Assembly: GCA_050633305.1 (NCBI GenBank)
Contig: JBOEGF010000008.1
Coordinates: 350,459-414,458, forward strand
Source of the DNA: Nannocystales bacterium
Lineage (GTDB): Bacteria; Myxococcota_A; Polyangia; Nannocystales; Nannocystaceae
Direction of reading: 5' to 3'
Length of the DNA: 64,000 nt
In this document: piece after piece, positions 28,776 to 37,751 of the stretch
How positions within the stretch are numbered: the stretch's first letter is position 1
How the letters are laid out: each line of letters starts with the position of its first letter
Position numbers and translations under genes: made by a program
Notes under the pieces: generated by a model
What the model was told of the DNA's origin: nothing
The model's input: only the letters and a program-made list of their open reading frames with translations
The model's database searches: none

Positions 28776-29423
28776 TCACTGGCCCAGCGGATACACCGTA
28801 TCGAACCGAGCGACCTCATCCACTTCGATGATGAACTCCGTCGTCCGCCACCGCCCATCGTCGTCCAGGGAAACGACGTGGGTGTAGCGGGCCGTGATCA
28901 GGTCGATGAACGGAGCATCGAGGGTCGAGAGCGAGAAGTGCGGCGTCGAGCCCGAGGTTGTGACGATCGCATCGGTGCTCGAGAGCATCTCGACTTGCAC
29001 GTTCCCCGGCATGTTCCGCGCGGTGTGATAGCCGGTGTCGAGGGCGAAGGTCTCGATGAAGGAGACGAGCGCGGGCAGCCCATCAAGCGGGACCGAGTCT
29101 CCGCCAAAAAAAACGAACTCGGACTGTACGTCGGCAGCAAAGCAGTCACCGAGAATGCTCAACGTCTCGGACTGGTCGCCACCGAGGGCGAAAAACACGG
29201 TGTCGTGGCCGACGCCATAACACGCCGCGATGTCTTCGAGGTCAGCGCGGGCACGGAGCGCATCGAGGTCCTCGAGCAGCCCGGCCGGCTCACCTTCAGC
29301 GTCGCCGATCGTCCCGCCGTCGTCGTCGCCGTCCGCATCACACGCGGCAACGCCACAGGACAGGACGAGAGCAGACAAGACAACGCGTGCCCTCCAAAAA
29401 GTGTTGTTGTGGGTTCGATTCAT
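28776..29423 (-). CDS. NTF2/SnoaL-like fold lipoprotein
   Basis: Lipobox VAAC. SnoaL_4-like pattern (RADLEDIAACYG..HD, ARY.H......GRWR). SD AGGAG upstream. Confidence 0.7.
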   Translation of the reverse strand: MNRTHNNTFWRARVVLSALVLSCGVAACDADGDDDGGTIGDAEGEPAGLLEDLDALRARADLEDIAACYGVGHDTVFFALGGDQSETLSILGDCFAADVQSEFVFFGGDSVPLDGLPALVSFIETFALDTGYHTARNMPGNVQVEMLSSTDAIVTTSGSTPHFSLSTLDAPFIDLITARYTHVVSLDDDGRWRTTEFIIEVDEVARFDTVYPLGQ

Positions 29424-29658
29424 GGTTCGTTCTCCTGGACGCGCACCCGCCCCAGCCAACTCGGCTGGGCACGACGAGTCGTCCCGGCCCAGCTCTCCGA
29501 CCCCAGCCTCACAGCAGCGAGAGGGCGTGTCCGAGCGGGTGGCAACGAAGGTCTACGGGGTCATCCGGGACGGCACCATGCCCATTCTTCGATAAGACTT
29601 ATGCTGCGAAGGAGGGCCTGCACGACGCCCACTCCACCCCGGAGGACAGCAGGCCCGT

Positions 29659-30405
29659 ATGATGCCTACGATGATGCCTCCAAGACCCTGCTCGAAGCTC
29701 CTTGTCCGTGGTGGTCTGATGCTCGCGCTCGCATGTGTGGGGACAACGGCATGCGATGACAACCCCGGCCCGACGCCAGCGAGCGCCGACAAGACGCCAG
29801 CGAGCGCCGACAAGACGCCAGCGAGCGCCGACAAGGAGAAGCCGCAAGCAGGGAGGAAGGCCGCCGAGGCCGAGGGGAGCCCCGCTGCGGACGCGAAGGT
29901 TGCACCTGTGGGCGACGACAACGGCGAGGAGACCAACGCGGGTGTCGATGCCAAGACGCTCCTGAACGACAACGGTACCTATCACTACGGCAAGGATGCG
30001 TTCGGCGAACTCACGGACGGACTCGCCGACAAGGATGTCCTCGCCAAGCTCGGCGAGCCCAAGAACAAGGACGGCCGCATGGAGGAAGGCGCCACTGGAG
30101 ACATCATCCAGCAGTGGTACTACCCAGACCAGGGCATCACGCTGACGATGCGCTCCCAGACGATGACCAGCGCTCAGTCGGTCGGCGGCATGACGATCAA
30201 GGCGCCCTGCGCGTTCAAGACCAAGCTGGGAATTGGCATCGGAAGTACGCGCGCGGATGTCCTGGCGACCTACGGGGCGTTCAAGGACCCCGAGTTCCCT
30301 GCCGGGCCCGATCAGTTCATCGCAGGCTCGGTCTACGGCGGAGTTTTCTTCGATTTTTCCAAGGACAAGGTCGTCTCCATGTTCATGGGTGCGGGCGCGG
30401 AGTAG
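29659..30405 (+). CDS. Hypothetical lipoprotein
   Basis: Lipobox TTAC, low-complexity linker, and a C-terminal domain with LGEP, KTKLGIGIGST...V..TYG. Confidence 0.78.
   Translation: MMPTMMPPRPCSKLLVRGGLMLALACVGTTACDDNPGPTPASADKTPASADKTPASADKEKPQAGRKAAEAEGSPAADAKVAPVGDDNGEETNAGVDAKTLLNDNGTYHYGKDAFGELTDGLADKDVLAKLGEPKNKDGRMEEGATGDIIQQWYYPDQGITLTMRSQTMTSAQSVGGMTIKAPCAFKTKLGIGIGSTRADVLATYGAFKDPEFPAGPDQFIAGSVYGGVFFDFSKDKVVSMFMGAGAE
29772..29834 (+). repeat. Three perfect 21-bp tandem repeats (GACGCCAGCGAGCGCCGACAA) encoding TPASADK
   Basis: Directly visible. Confidence 0.92.
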
Positions 30406-30429
30406 GTGCGCAGCGGAGTGCGTGGCGCG

Positions 30430-31518
30430 ATGGTTGAAGAGCTTCGACGTTCGGCGGCGAAGACGGGACGGGTCGCCACATTCGCACTGCTGATGCTCGC
30501 CAGCTGTCGGGGTCCTCTGCTTGGGCCACGCGCATACGACAGTCGCCGGACACGCCCCGGCAAGACGACGCCGGAGGACATCGCTCGGGTGATGGTGGAG
30601 AAGGACACGTACATCGTGATCTCCACGAAACGGGACGAAGTCCTCGTGCGACGGTGCACCACCGAGGGCGAGGACGGCACCTGCGATGTCGCGTGGTTGG
30701 TCGGCCGTCAACTCGAGCACTCGTACACGGGAACAACGATGCGCGCGGGCCTGCCCACGGTCCTGGTCCACGAGCTCGCGGACCCGATCGCCGACCGCAT
30801 CGCGAGCATGGACGGGCGCGTGCTCAACGCTCGACAACGGGACGTCCGTGCGGGCGAACTCCATGGGCCGGAGGAGGGCTCGGCGTACCGGTTCCAGCTC
30901 GACGAAACACGCCTCAGCATCGTCTACCGCGCGGGCTCCGGAGCCCCATGGGGCACACGAGTCGCCGAGGTTCAGGTCGACAACTCGGCGGGGACCGTCA
31001 CCTCGTACATCACCCACGACGAGTACGGCCTGTTCGCGCTCCAACTCCGGCACGGCGACGAGGCAGGAGGTTCGACGTCATGGCTGTTGTTCGAGCGCCA
31101 AGGCTCGGGGCCTGGCGGGAAGGTCTGGACCATCCCGAGTCCAAGCGGCGCCCAGGCCACCGTCATCTCCAACACGCCGACCCGCGTGCCTCTTCCTCGG
31201 TCCGCACCGTCGTCGGTCCCCACGAAGGACCCGCCGCCAGCCCAGCCCCCCGCACAACCAGAGGCCTCCACGACTGCGCGCGCGTGTCGTGACGTCAGCG
31301 ACTGCGAACCGGGCGAGCGCTGCCAGAGCCCTCAGGCGCATCGGTGGAACAACTGCGGAGCACCGCGTAAGCCCAGCTGCGACGAAGGCTTCCTCGGTGA
31401 CAGCTGCGGCAACTGCTTCGAGACGTGTACATCGGATGTCGATTGCTCCGAGGGTCACTGCAACGGTGCGTGGTGCGAGTCAGCCTCGGTCTGCGGAAAA
31501 GCCGAACTCCACCAGTGA
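30430..31518 (+). CDS. Hypothetical lipoprotein with a Pro-rich linker and Cys-rich C-terminus
   Basis: Lipobox LASC and Cys-rich end (CRDVSDCEPGERC; CTSDVDCSEGHC). Confidence 0.7.
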   Translation: MVEELRRSAAKTGRVATFALLMLASCRGPLLGPRAYDSRRTRPGKTTPEDIARVMVEKDTYIVISTKRDEVLVRRCTTEGEDGTCDVAWLVGRQLEHSYTGTTMRAGLPTVLVHELADPIADRIASMDGRVLNARQRDVRAGELHGPEEGSAYRFQLDETRLSIVYRAGSGAPWGTRVAEVQVDNSAGTVTSYITHDEYGLFALQLRHGDEAGGSTSWLLFERQGSGPGGKVWTIPSPSGAQATVISNTPTRVPLPRSAPSSVPTKDPPPAQPPAQPEASTTARACRDVSDCEPGERCQSPQAHRWNNCGAPRKPSCDEGFLGDSCGNCFETCTSDVDCSEGHCNGAWCESASVCGKAELHQ

Positions 31519-31622
31519 GCCCCACAGAACTCCCCGTCGGCGTGCCAACCCAGCCAGCGCGAGAAAAGAGGGCGGAAGCGTCGTCGTCTTCGCCAAGGAC
31601 TGATAGTCTCCCGCTGCGACTC

Positions 31623-31709
31623 GCGGAAGTGGCGAAATTGGTAGACGCGCAGGATTTAGGTTCCTGTATTGGAGACAATGTGGAGGTTCAAGTCCTCTCT
31701 TCCGCACCA
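31623..31709 (+). tRNA. tRNA-Leu (anticodon TAG)
   Basis: Acceptor stem GCGGAAG/CTTCCGC followed by A-CCA, D-loop TGGTAGA, anticodon arm CAGGA-TTTAGGT-TCCTG, long variable arm, T-loop GGTTCAAGTCC. Confidence 0.97.
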
Positions 31710-31782
31710 CGCCGTGGCCCCAGGCCACGGCACGGCCCTCCGGCTCGACAGCTCGCGTGGCCCTTGAGCCGAGGGCGACCGC

Positions 31783-33195
31783 TCACCACACGGCGAAACC
31801 ACGCCAGTCGGTCCCGTCCGCAATGAACACTTCGCCGTTCGCGTAACTCAAGGAGAGTTCGGCATCGAGGTTCTCCCCCGCGGCGGTCAGCGTCGCGGTG
31901 TCCACCCGCTGCCCGGCGACGTCCCACGAGGACAACACCCCGTCGGCGTAGGTCAGGTAGCAGCCGTCCGCCCACCCGAGGGACCGATTCGAGGGGAATT
32001 CGAGTTCGGCGGGCTCGTCGCCCAGGCCCTGCAGCGTGGTGATCCCGACAAACGATCCGTCGGAGCTCCACCGCAGGACCACCCCCAACGTCAGCGCGAC
32101 GAACTCGTCGGTGTCGTCGTTCCAAACAACCGCCGACTGCTCGTCGAGGTTTGGCTCCGCCGTCGCCAAGACCACATCGTTTGTGAACACCCCTGGGGCT
32201 CCCATGACCCGTAGCGTCGAGCTGTTGAAGCCGCGCGCGTACACGGTCGCGCTCCCATCCCCGAGCGTGAACACGGACCGAAAGTCGATGCCGGACGCGA
32301 ACACGGCATTGACCGTCCCGTCGTTGGCGTACTGCGCAGAGCGGTCCCCGCCCGAGCCTCCTCCTCCGCTGACCGAGTAGAGGTTGCTCCCATCCCAGGC
32401 CATGCCAGCGGTGCTGCCGACCAGCGCAGCCACGGGAAATGTGGTGTTCGCGTCGAACGTGTCCGCGCTGAACGCCGCGCACGTGATCTCGCAGGCGTCG
32501 CTGCACCCGGGGCCACCTTCACACTCTTCGCCGGCCGACGCGTTGACGACCCCGTCTCCGCACTCTTGCGCACTGCAGTCGATGTCGCACGTCGCGGACT
32601 CGCCGCCATCATCACAAGTCTCGGACGCCGTCTCGTTGAGCACACCGTCGCCGCATTCCGCTGTACTGCAGTCCGCGTTGCAGGCCGCGGTCTCCTCACC
32701 GTCGTCGCATGCCTCGCCTGCGGCGTCGTTGACTGTCATGTCTCCGCACTCCGCGGTCGTGCAGTCCGCGTCGCAGCTCTTCGAGTCTCCGGCGTCGTCA
32801 CACGACTCGCCCGCGCTTTCGTTCACGACGCCGTCGCCACACTCCGCCGCCGTGCAATCCGCGTTGCAGGTCTCGGACTCTCCGCGGTCGTCGCAGACTT
32901 CGCGCCCCTCGATGACCCCATCTCCACATACCGCGCCCCCGGGATCCGTGTCGGTCCCCGTCGCATCGGTCTCGCTCGCATCGGTGTTCGCTGTGTCGGA
33001 GCCAGTTCCCGTGGCCATACTCGTGGGTCCGGCTGTGCTGGATCCGGTGCTTGGAACAACGCCAGTCGTCGGTTCTCCGCCGGATGAAGAAGCTCCGTCG
33101 GTGTCGGTCCCCCCGAGGCCTGGTGCATCGTCCCCGCATCCCACCAGCGCCAACGCAACCAGCGCCGAGGCTCCCCATGCCAAACGATCGGTCAT
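31783..33195 (-). CDS. Lipoprotein with five myxobacterial Cys-rich (DUF4215-like) repeats and a C-terminal beta-rich domain
   Basis: Lipobox LVGC and five CGDxxxx...ExC repeats. Confidence 0.85.
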   Translation of the reverse strand: MTDRLAWGASALVALALVGCGDDAPGLGGTDTDGASSSGGEPTTGVVPSTGSSTAGPTSMATGTGSDTANTDASETDATGTDTDPGGAVCGDGVIEGREVCDDRGESETCNADCTAAECGDGVVNESAGESCDDAGDSKSCDADCTTAECGDMTVNDAAGEACDDGEETAACNADCSTAECGDGVLNETASETCDDGGESATCDIDCSAQECGDGVVNASAGEECEGGPGCSDACEITCAAFSADTFDANTTFPVAALVGSTAGMAWDGSNLYSVSGGGGSGGDRSAQYANDGTVNAVFASGIDFRSVFTLGDGSATVYARGFNSSTLRVMGAPGVFTNDVVLATAEPNLDEQSAVVWNDDTDEFVALTLGVVLRWSSDGSFVGITTLQGLGDEPAELEFPSNRSLGWADGCYLTYADGVLSSWDVAGQRVDTATLTAAGENLDAELSLSYANGEVFIADGTDWRGFAVW

Positions 33196-33277
33196 CACGG
33201 GACGCACGATTCCAGAGCTACCGGCCCACTGCAACGTCTCGGGAACCTCTGCGCCAGCGGAACGCACGTTGTACGAC

Positions 33278-34324
33278 ATGAAGTGGGGAACTCATGCCAT
33301 CGCGTCGCTCGCGCTCCTTGCTGGTTGCGGCGACGTCGAGCGGGACTCGGCCGGAGGGGTCCCTGCCCTCACCGCAACCGCGAGTGCCGGAAGTGACCCG
33401 GGCGGCACGAGCGGTGCCGGAGACACGGCGAGCGAGCAAGGCGACAGCGGCAGCGAGGCGTCCGGCGACATCACAGGCGATGGACCCGGCGGGGTCTTCG
33501 ACGTCGGCGGCCCGCCTCCCAACACCGGCGGGGACGCACCCCAGCCCAAGAAGGGCTGCTCCAAGATCGACTTCGTCTTTGTCGTCGACAACTCGCTGTC
33601 GATGGAGGACGACCAGGCGAACCTCGTCGCCAACTTCCCTGCCCTCATCGAAGGCATCGAGTCCACCCTGGATGAAGTCGACGACTACCACGTCGGGGTG
33701 GTCGCAACCGATGCCTACGGGTGGAACAGTCCGAACTGCCGCTTCATGGGAGGCCTCGTCACCCAAACCGGCGGCGACGCGTCCTCGGGGGAGGTGTGCG
33801 GGCCCTTCGCTGAGGGTCATAACTACATGACCCAAGAAGACGACCTCACACAGAGCTTTGCCTGCGCGGCTCGAATGGGCGTCGGGGGGTTCGGGGCCGA
33901 GGCTCCGATGGATGCTCTCAAGGCGGCGATCGGCGGCAACCTTGCTGGAGCAGGACAATGCAACGAAGGGTTCATTCGCGATGACGCCTTGCTCGTCGCC
34001 GTGGTGATCACCGACGAGTGGGACGGACCCGGCGACCCGGAGCTGTTCACATCCATGGGCACACCGCAGGATTGGTACAACAACGTGGTCGCCGTGAAGA
34101 ATGCGCCGGAGAACGCCGCGGTCGTCTCGCTGGTCAACTATCACGATGGCCCCTGCCCGCCTGCGGAGCTTGTGAACGACGGCCAACGCCTGGTCGAGTT
34201 CACCAACTTCTTCGGCCCCACCGGCTTCGTCGGCGGCATCTGTGATGAGTTCGGCCCCACCTTCGAGCAAGCCGTCGGCCTGATCGACGAAGCCTGCTCC
34301 AACTTCATCCCGCCTGAAGGCTAG
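33278..34324 (+). CDS. vWA-like (MIDAS) domain lipoprotein
   Basis: Lipobox LAGC, KIDFVFVVDNSLSM (DxSxS), FIRDDALLVAVVITDE. The true start is far downstream of the listed ORF start at 32384. Confidence 0.85.
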   Translation: MKWGTHAIASLALLAGCGDVERDSAGGVPALTATASAGSDPGGTSGAGDTASEQGDSGSEASGDITGDGPGGVFDVGGPPPNTGGDAPQPKKGCSKIDFVFVVDNSLSMEDDQANLVANFPALIEGIESTLDEVDDYHVGVVATDAYGWNSPNCRFMGGLVTQTGGDASSGEVCGPFAEGHNYMTQEDDLTQSFACAARMGVGGFGAEAPMDALKAAIGGNLAGAGQCNEGFIRDDALLVAVVITDEWDGPGDPELFTSMGTPQDWYNNVVAVKNAPENAAVVSLVNYHDGPCPPAELVNDGQRLVEFTNFFGPTGFVGGICDEFGPTFEQAVGLIDEACSNFIPPEG

Positions 34325-34352
34325 AGCGCCGTGCGGGGGGTCCGCGCGCCCC

Positions 34353-35300
34353 CTACGACGCGGCCGGCTTGGCCTTGGACTTGGCCTTGCTGTTCGCCTT
34401 GGCCTTCGCCTTCGACCTTGGCTTCGCTTTCGCGTTGCCCCTCGGCTGAGCCTTCGCCTTCTTCTTCCGCTTCTTCTTCGACGCAGCCTTCGCCAGCGTG
34501 GGGCGGAAAAGAATGAAGGACATGTCGTCAGGCTTGCAGGGAGGCCCCCCGCCACGGCGCATCCGGGCCGCGACCAACATCGCAAGCTCGTCTGCGGCAT
34601 CCTCGAGGTCGCGGTTGCGCGTGATCTCCAGCAGCTCGTGCTCGAACACGTTGTCGAACATGCCGTCGCTTCCGAGGACCAGCGTGTCGGTCTTCGCGAA
34701 CGCAACACGCGGGCAGACTTCCAGTCGCATGGCGTCGATCCCTACGGCGGAGCTCAGCAAATGCCGATACTCGTGCAGCAGCGCTTCGTCGGGCGCCAAG
34801 GCTCCCGCAGCCACCAGGTATCCAACCGGGGATTGCACCGTCGTGCGGACTTTGACCTTTCCGCGCGGCGTCATGAGAATCGCCTCCGAGTCACCGACGT
34901 TGAACATCCGGACGCCTTCGGGAGTGATCAGGGTGACGACCAGCGTGGTTGCCCCTGCGCCGCGGCTGGCTTTGGTCCGAACCTGAGCCTCGTCGACGGC
35001 ATCGACAACGTCTGCCGAGTCCGCGGTCCCCTCCGCCAGCCGCTCTGCCAACACATCCACCGCAACCTTTGAGGCCCGCGCTCCACCGCGCTGGCCGCCC
35101 ATCCCATCGGCAACCGCAAGGAGCAGAGCATCGGGCCCACAATCGAGAACCGCAGCCGCGTCCTCCCCCGGTCTGCCCGGTGGGCGCTCCGGACCAGAGG
35201 CAAGTCGCACCGCGATTTCACCGAGTGGATGTTCGAACCGCGCGGAGACAGGTCGCTTGATCATCGACCAGCGCTCACGAAACGCGTCAGGGGAACTCAC
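34353..35300 (-). CDS. PP2C/PPM-family protein phosphatase with a basic C-terminal tail
   Basis: Motifs GEDA, VADGMGG, NVGDS, GSDGMFD and DDMS. Lys/Ala-rich tail. Confidence 0.9.
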   Translation of the reverse strand: MSSPDAFRERWSMIKRPVSARFEHPLGEIAVRLASGPERPPGRPGEDAAAVLDCGPDALLLAVADGMGGQRGGARASKVAVDVLAERLAEGTADSADVVDAVDEAQVRTKASRGAGATTLVVTLITPEGVRMFNVGDSEAILMTPRGKVKVRTTVQSPVGYLVAAGALAPDEALLHEYRHLLSSAVGIDAMRLEVCPRVAFAKTDTLVLGSDGMFDNVFEHELLEITRNRDLEDAADELAMLVAARMRRGGGPPCKPDDMSFILFRPTLAKAASKKKRKKKAKAQPRGNAKAKPRSKAKAKANSKAKSKAKPAAS

Positions 35301-35337
35301 GCCCCAAGCCTACGCAAACGCGCGGCCCCGCGACACC

Positions 35338-36441
35338 TCAACGTGATTTCGGGCAAGCCAGAGACTCCGCGGGGTGCATCTGAAGGACAGCCTCCAACGA
35401 CGCGTCGGTCAGAGCACGTGCATCCTCCACCGAGACGCTGAGGGCCACGTGAATGTGGCCCCCAGCAACGGCGTGCGGCGTCGTCTCAGCGTAAACAACC
35501 CCGTGCAGGCCAAGGAAGCCCGACAGATAGTTTCCGCTGGTGCCCGTCGTGTCGATCTCCACGGACGTCAGTCCCAACCCCGTCGCGACGTCCTCGAGGG
35601 TCTCGAGCGGCAACGAACTCGAAGCGTTCACGTCGCGGTACGTGTTCATCGCGGCCCAGGTCCGTGGGTCCATCGTGCTCTCGGCGGGGCGGGTGTCCGC
35701 GCCATGGCCATCCGAGATCCAATCCAGCGCGGGATCTGGGCCACCGTTGCCGTGCCCGCCTTCGATCGCCTCGAGTTCCCAGCCGATGGAGCCGCCGCGG
35801 CTATGGGTGATCAGGACATGAGGCTGATACGTATCGACGATCGACCAAAAGTCAGCGGATGTATCTTGGTAGTCGACCTGAAGATCCGACCCAACAGCGC
35901 CCACCGACCCCGGAGATCCGATCGGGTCGTTGGAAGGATCTCCGTCGGGCGGGAACTCCGGGAAGAACGCGTAGACGTCGAAGCCAAGCCCGCGCCAGTT
36001 CTCTCCCACCCAGCCCTCTGGGTTCTGTGCAGCATCGGTACTGAACGGGCGCAGCATTTCGTTGGTCGGCGGCCAGTACCCCATCAGGACAGCCGTCTTC
36101 GTGCAGTCGGACCCTCCGGTCGTTCCCGGCCCGGCGGATCCGCCGTCGCTCGACGAAGCCCCGGTCGATCCGCCCGTCGATTCGCTGGACGGTCCTCCCG
36201 TCGATCCGCCGGACGAGGAGTTCGCACCCGAGGAACCCTCGCTCTGGGTCACAGCGCCGCTCGTCGACGGGTGTACCGCGCTGGTGCTGACGTCCGGCTC
36301 GGCCACGAAGGTCGACCCGGCATCCGTTTCGGAGCCGGGCGAATCCGCACTGCAGCCCACGGCAAGCGTGCCCAGAGCGCACAGCTGCGCGTTCCACGAC
36401 CTCCCGCCCCACGAGAAGTGCCAGCGTTTGAGGTAGGACAC
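35338..36441 (-). CDS. Pyroglutamyl-peptidase I (peptidase C15)-like lipoprotein
   Basis: Motifs VLMGYWPPTN, WELEA, SSSLP, SGNYLS and GHIHV. Lipobox AVGC and Ser/Gly linker. Start inferred. Confidence 0.6.
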   Translation of the reverse strand: MSYLKRWHFSWGGRSWNAQLCALGTLAVGCSADSPGSETDAGSTFVAEPDVSTSAVHPSTSGAVTQSEGSSGANSSSGGSTGGPSSESTGGSTGASSSDGGSAGPGTTGGSDCTKTAVLMGYWPPTNEMLRPFSTDAAQNPEGWVGENWRGLGFDVYAFFPEFPPDGDPSNDPIGSPGSVGAVGSDLQVDYQDTSADFWSIVDTYQPHVLITHSRGGSIGWELEAIEGGHGNGGPDPALDWISDGHGADTRPAESTMDPRTWAAMNTYRDVNASSSLPLETLEDVATGLGLTSVEIDTTGTSGNYLSGFLGLHGVVYAETTPHAVAGGHIHVALSVSVEDARALTDASLEAVLQMHPAESLACPKSR

Positions 36442-36509
36442 GACACTACATTTATGATGGTGCGTCTCTGCGATGTCCAGCGCCTCCCAACCGCTGTAAG
36501 CTCCGCCTC

Positions 36510-37643
36510 GTGGGCCGCTCCGCAGAAGATGACCGCGATGTGCTCGCGCTGCCGTTGCAGCGCCCGCGCCGTCATCTTCCGGGTGGACGTGTGCCGGACC
36601 GCGTACACCCGCCAAGCTTCGACCCGGACGCCGCTCGCAAAGCGTGGCGCCAGGTCGCGCGTGTTCGCGGTGGAGGCCCCGGGCTCGGGGTGGATCCCGG
36701 GCAACGTCGTGCACCGGTCACCGCTCTGCTGGGCGTCTTGATGGCAACCGCAGTCGTGTGGGGGCTGTGGTCGATGGCCGAGCCGCCCAAGGACACCGCC
36801 CCTCCGATCGAAGTCGCCGCGGCATCCGCAAAAGCGCCTGAGACCTCGTCCGGTACGCCCCAGTCCCAGTCCCAGTCCCAGTCCACCTCGGCTGTCCCGG
36901 TCGAGCATCGCGGAGCGGTGCCGATGCCGGCATCGAGTATCGGCACCTTCACGCCAAAAACCGCGGGCCGCATGGCGCCACCAGCGACCGAGGACGCCAC
37001 ACAGATCTCCGCGCCCAAGCCGAAGCGCGGTTCCGCCTGGAGTTCGGCGATCCCGATGCCCGCGGCCGAGCCGGCGCCTCGACCCGCGACACCCGCCGTC
37101 ACCGCCCAGGCTGGCGGGACCTGGACCGGCCCCCAACGGCCCGAACCGCAGACGGGTTCTCGAAGCAGCGCGGTGCCTCCCGCCGCCGCCCCTCCGCTCG
37201 TTCAGCGAGGCGCAGTGGCCCCTCCGGGAAGCCCCTCCGCCGGGGTCGCGGCACTGCGAAAGCTCCCGAAGAGCGACCGAGACCGCCCGCCCCTGCGCGG
37301 TGTAGGGGTCAGCGGCATCCACCTCGACCGGCTCGACCTAGGTTCGGCGTACGACAACGGCGTCTGTCAGGGCAGCAACCGCAGCTACGCGGCGTCCGCG
37401 ACCAAGGCGGTGCACGTGTGTTTCCGAGCCGTTCATCGCCGACAGACCGAACGGGTGCTCGTGAAGTGGAGCAAGAACGGCCGCCTGGTGCGTCGCGCTT
37501 GGGTCGTGATCCCCGCAGCACACGCCTACCGCACCCGTGCGGGTCTTCGACTGCGGGATTCCTACGTCGGCAGCTGGACGGTGACCGTCGAGTCGGCGGA
37601 CGGGATCGTCTTGGCCAGCGATGGCTTCAAAGTCACGCCGTAG
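36510..37643 (+). CDS. Membrane-anchored protein with a Pro/Ala-rich linker and a C-terminal DUF2914-like Ig-type domain
   Basis: One TM helix, a long low-complexity stalk, and C-terminal YRTR...GSWTVTVESADG.VLA...F.V. Start uncertain. Confidence 0.65.
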   Translation: MGRSAEDDRDVLALPLQRPRRHLPGGRVPDRVHPPSFDPDAARKAWRQVARVRGGGPGLGVDPGQRRAPVTALLGVLMATAVVWGLWSMAEPPKDTAPPIEVAAASAKAPETSSGTPQSQSQSQSTSAVPVEHRGAVPMPASSIGTFTPKTAGRMAPPATEDATQISAPKPKRGSAWSSAIPMPAAEPAPRPATPAVTAQAGGTWTGPQRPEPQTGSRSSAVPPAAAPPLVQRGAVAPPGSPSAGVAALRKLPKSDRDRPPLRGVGVSGIHLDRLDLGSAYDNGVCQGSNRSYAASATKAVHVCFRAVHRRQTERVLVKWSKNGRLVRRAWVVIPAAHAYRTRAGLRLRDSYVGSWTVTVESADGIVLASDGFKVTP

Positions 37644-37751
37644 CCACCCTCCAACGCGCACTCAGACGAGGGGGTGGCGGGCGTTTGACCGACCGGGCCC
37701 GCGCTCGTAGTCTCCCGTCGTCCAACGCTCCGAGCCGCGGGAACTGAGATC

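Noticed and set aside
29772..29834. Short direct repeats as a possible CRISPR array (also 8640-9110 and 20861-20911)
   Set aside because: The repeats are contiguous, have no spacers, are in-frame coding, and there are no cas genes.
31623..31709. tRNA-Leu as an integration site for a genomic island
   Set aside because: I found no integrase and noticed no duplicated tRNA 3' end by eye. Flanking genes are typical host lipoproteins.
32384..33277. 5' extension of the 646-aa ORF 32384-34324
   Set aside because: Antisense to the Cys-rich repeat gene. The lipoprotein signal begins at ATG 33278.
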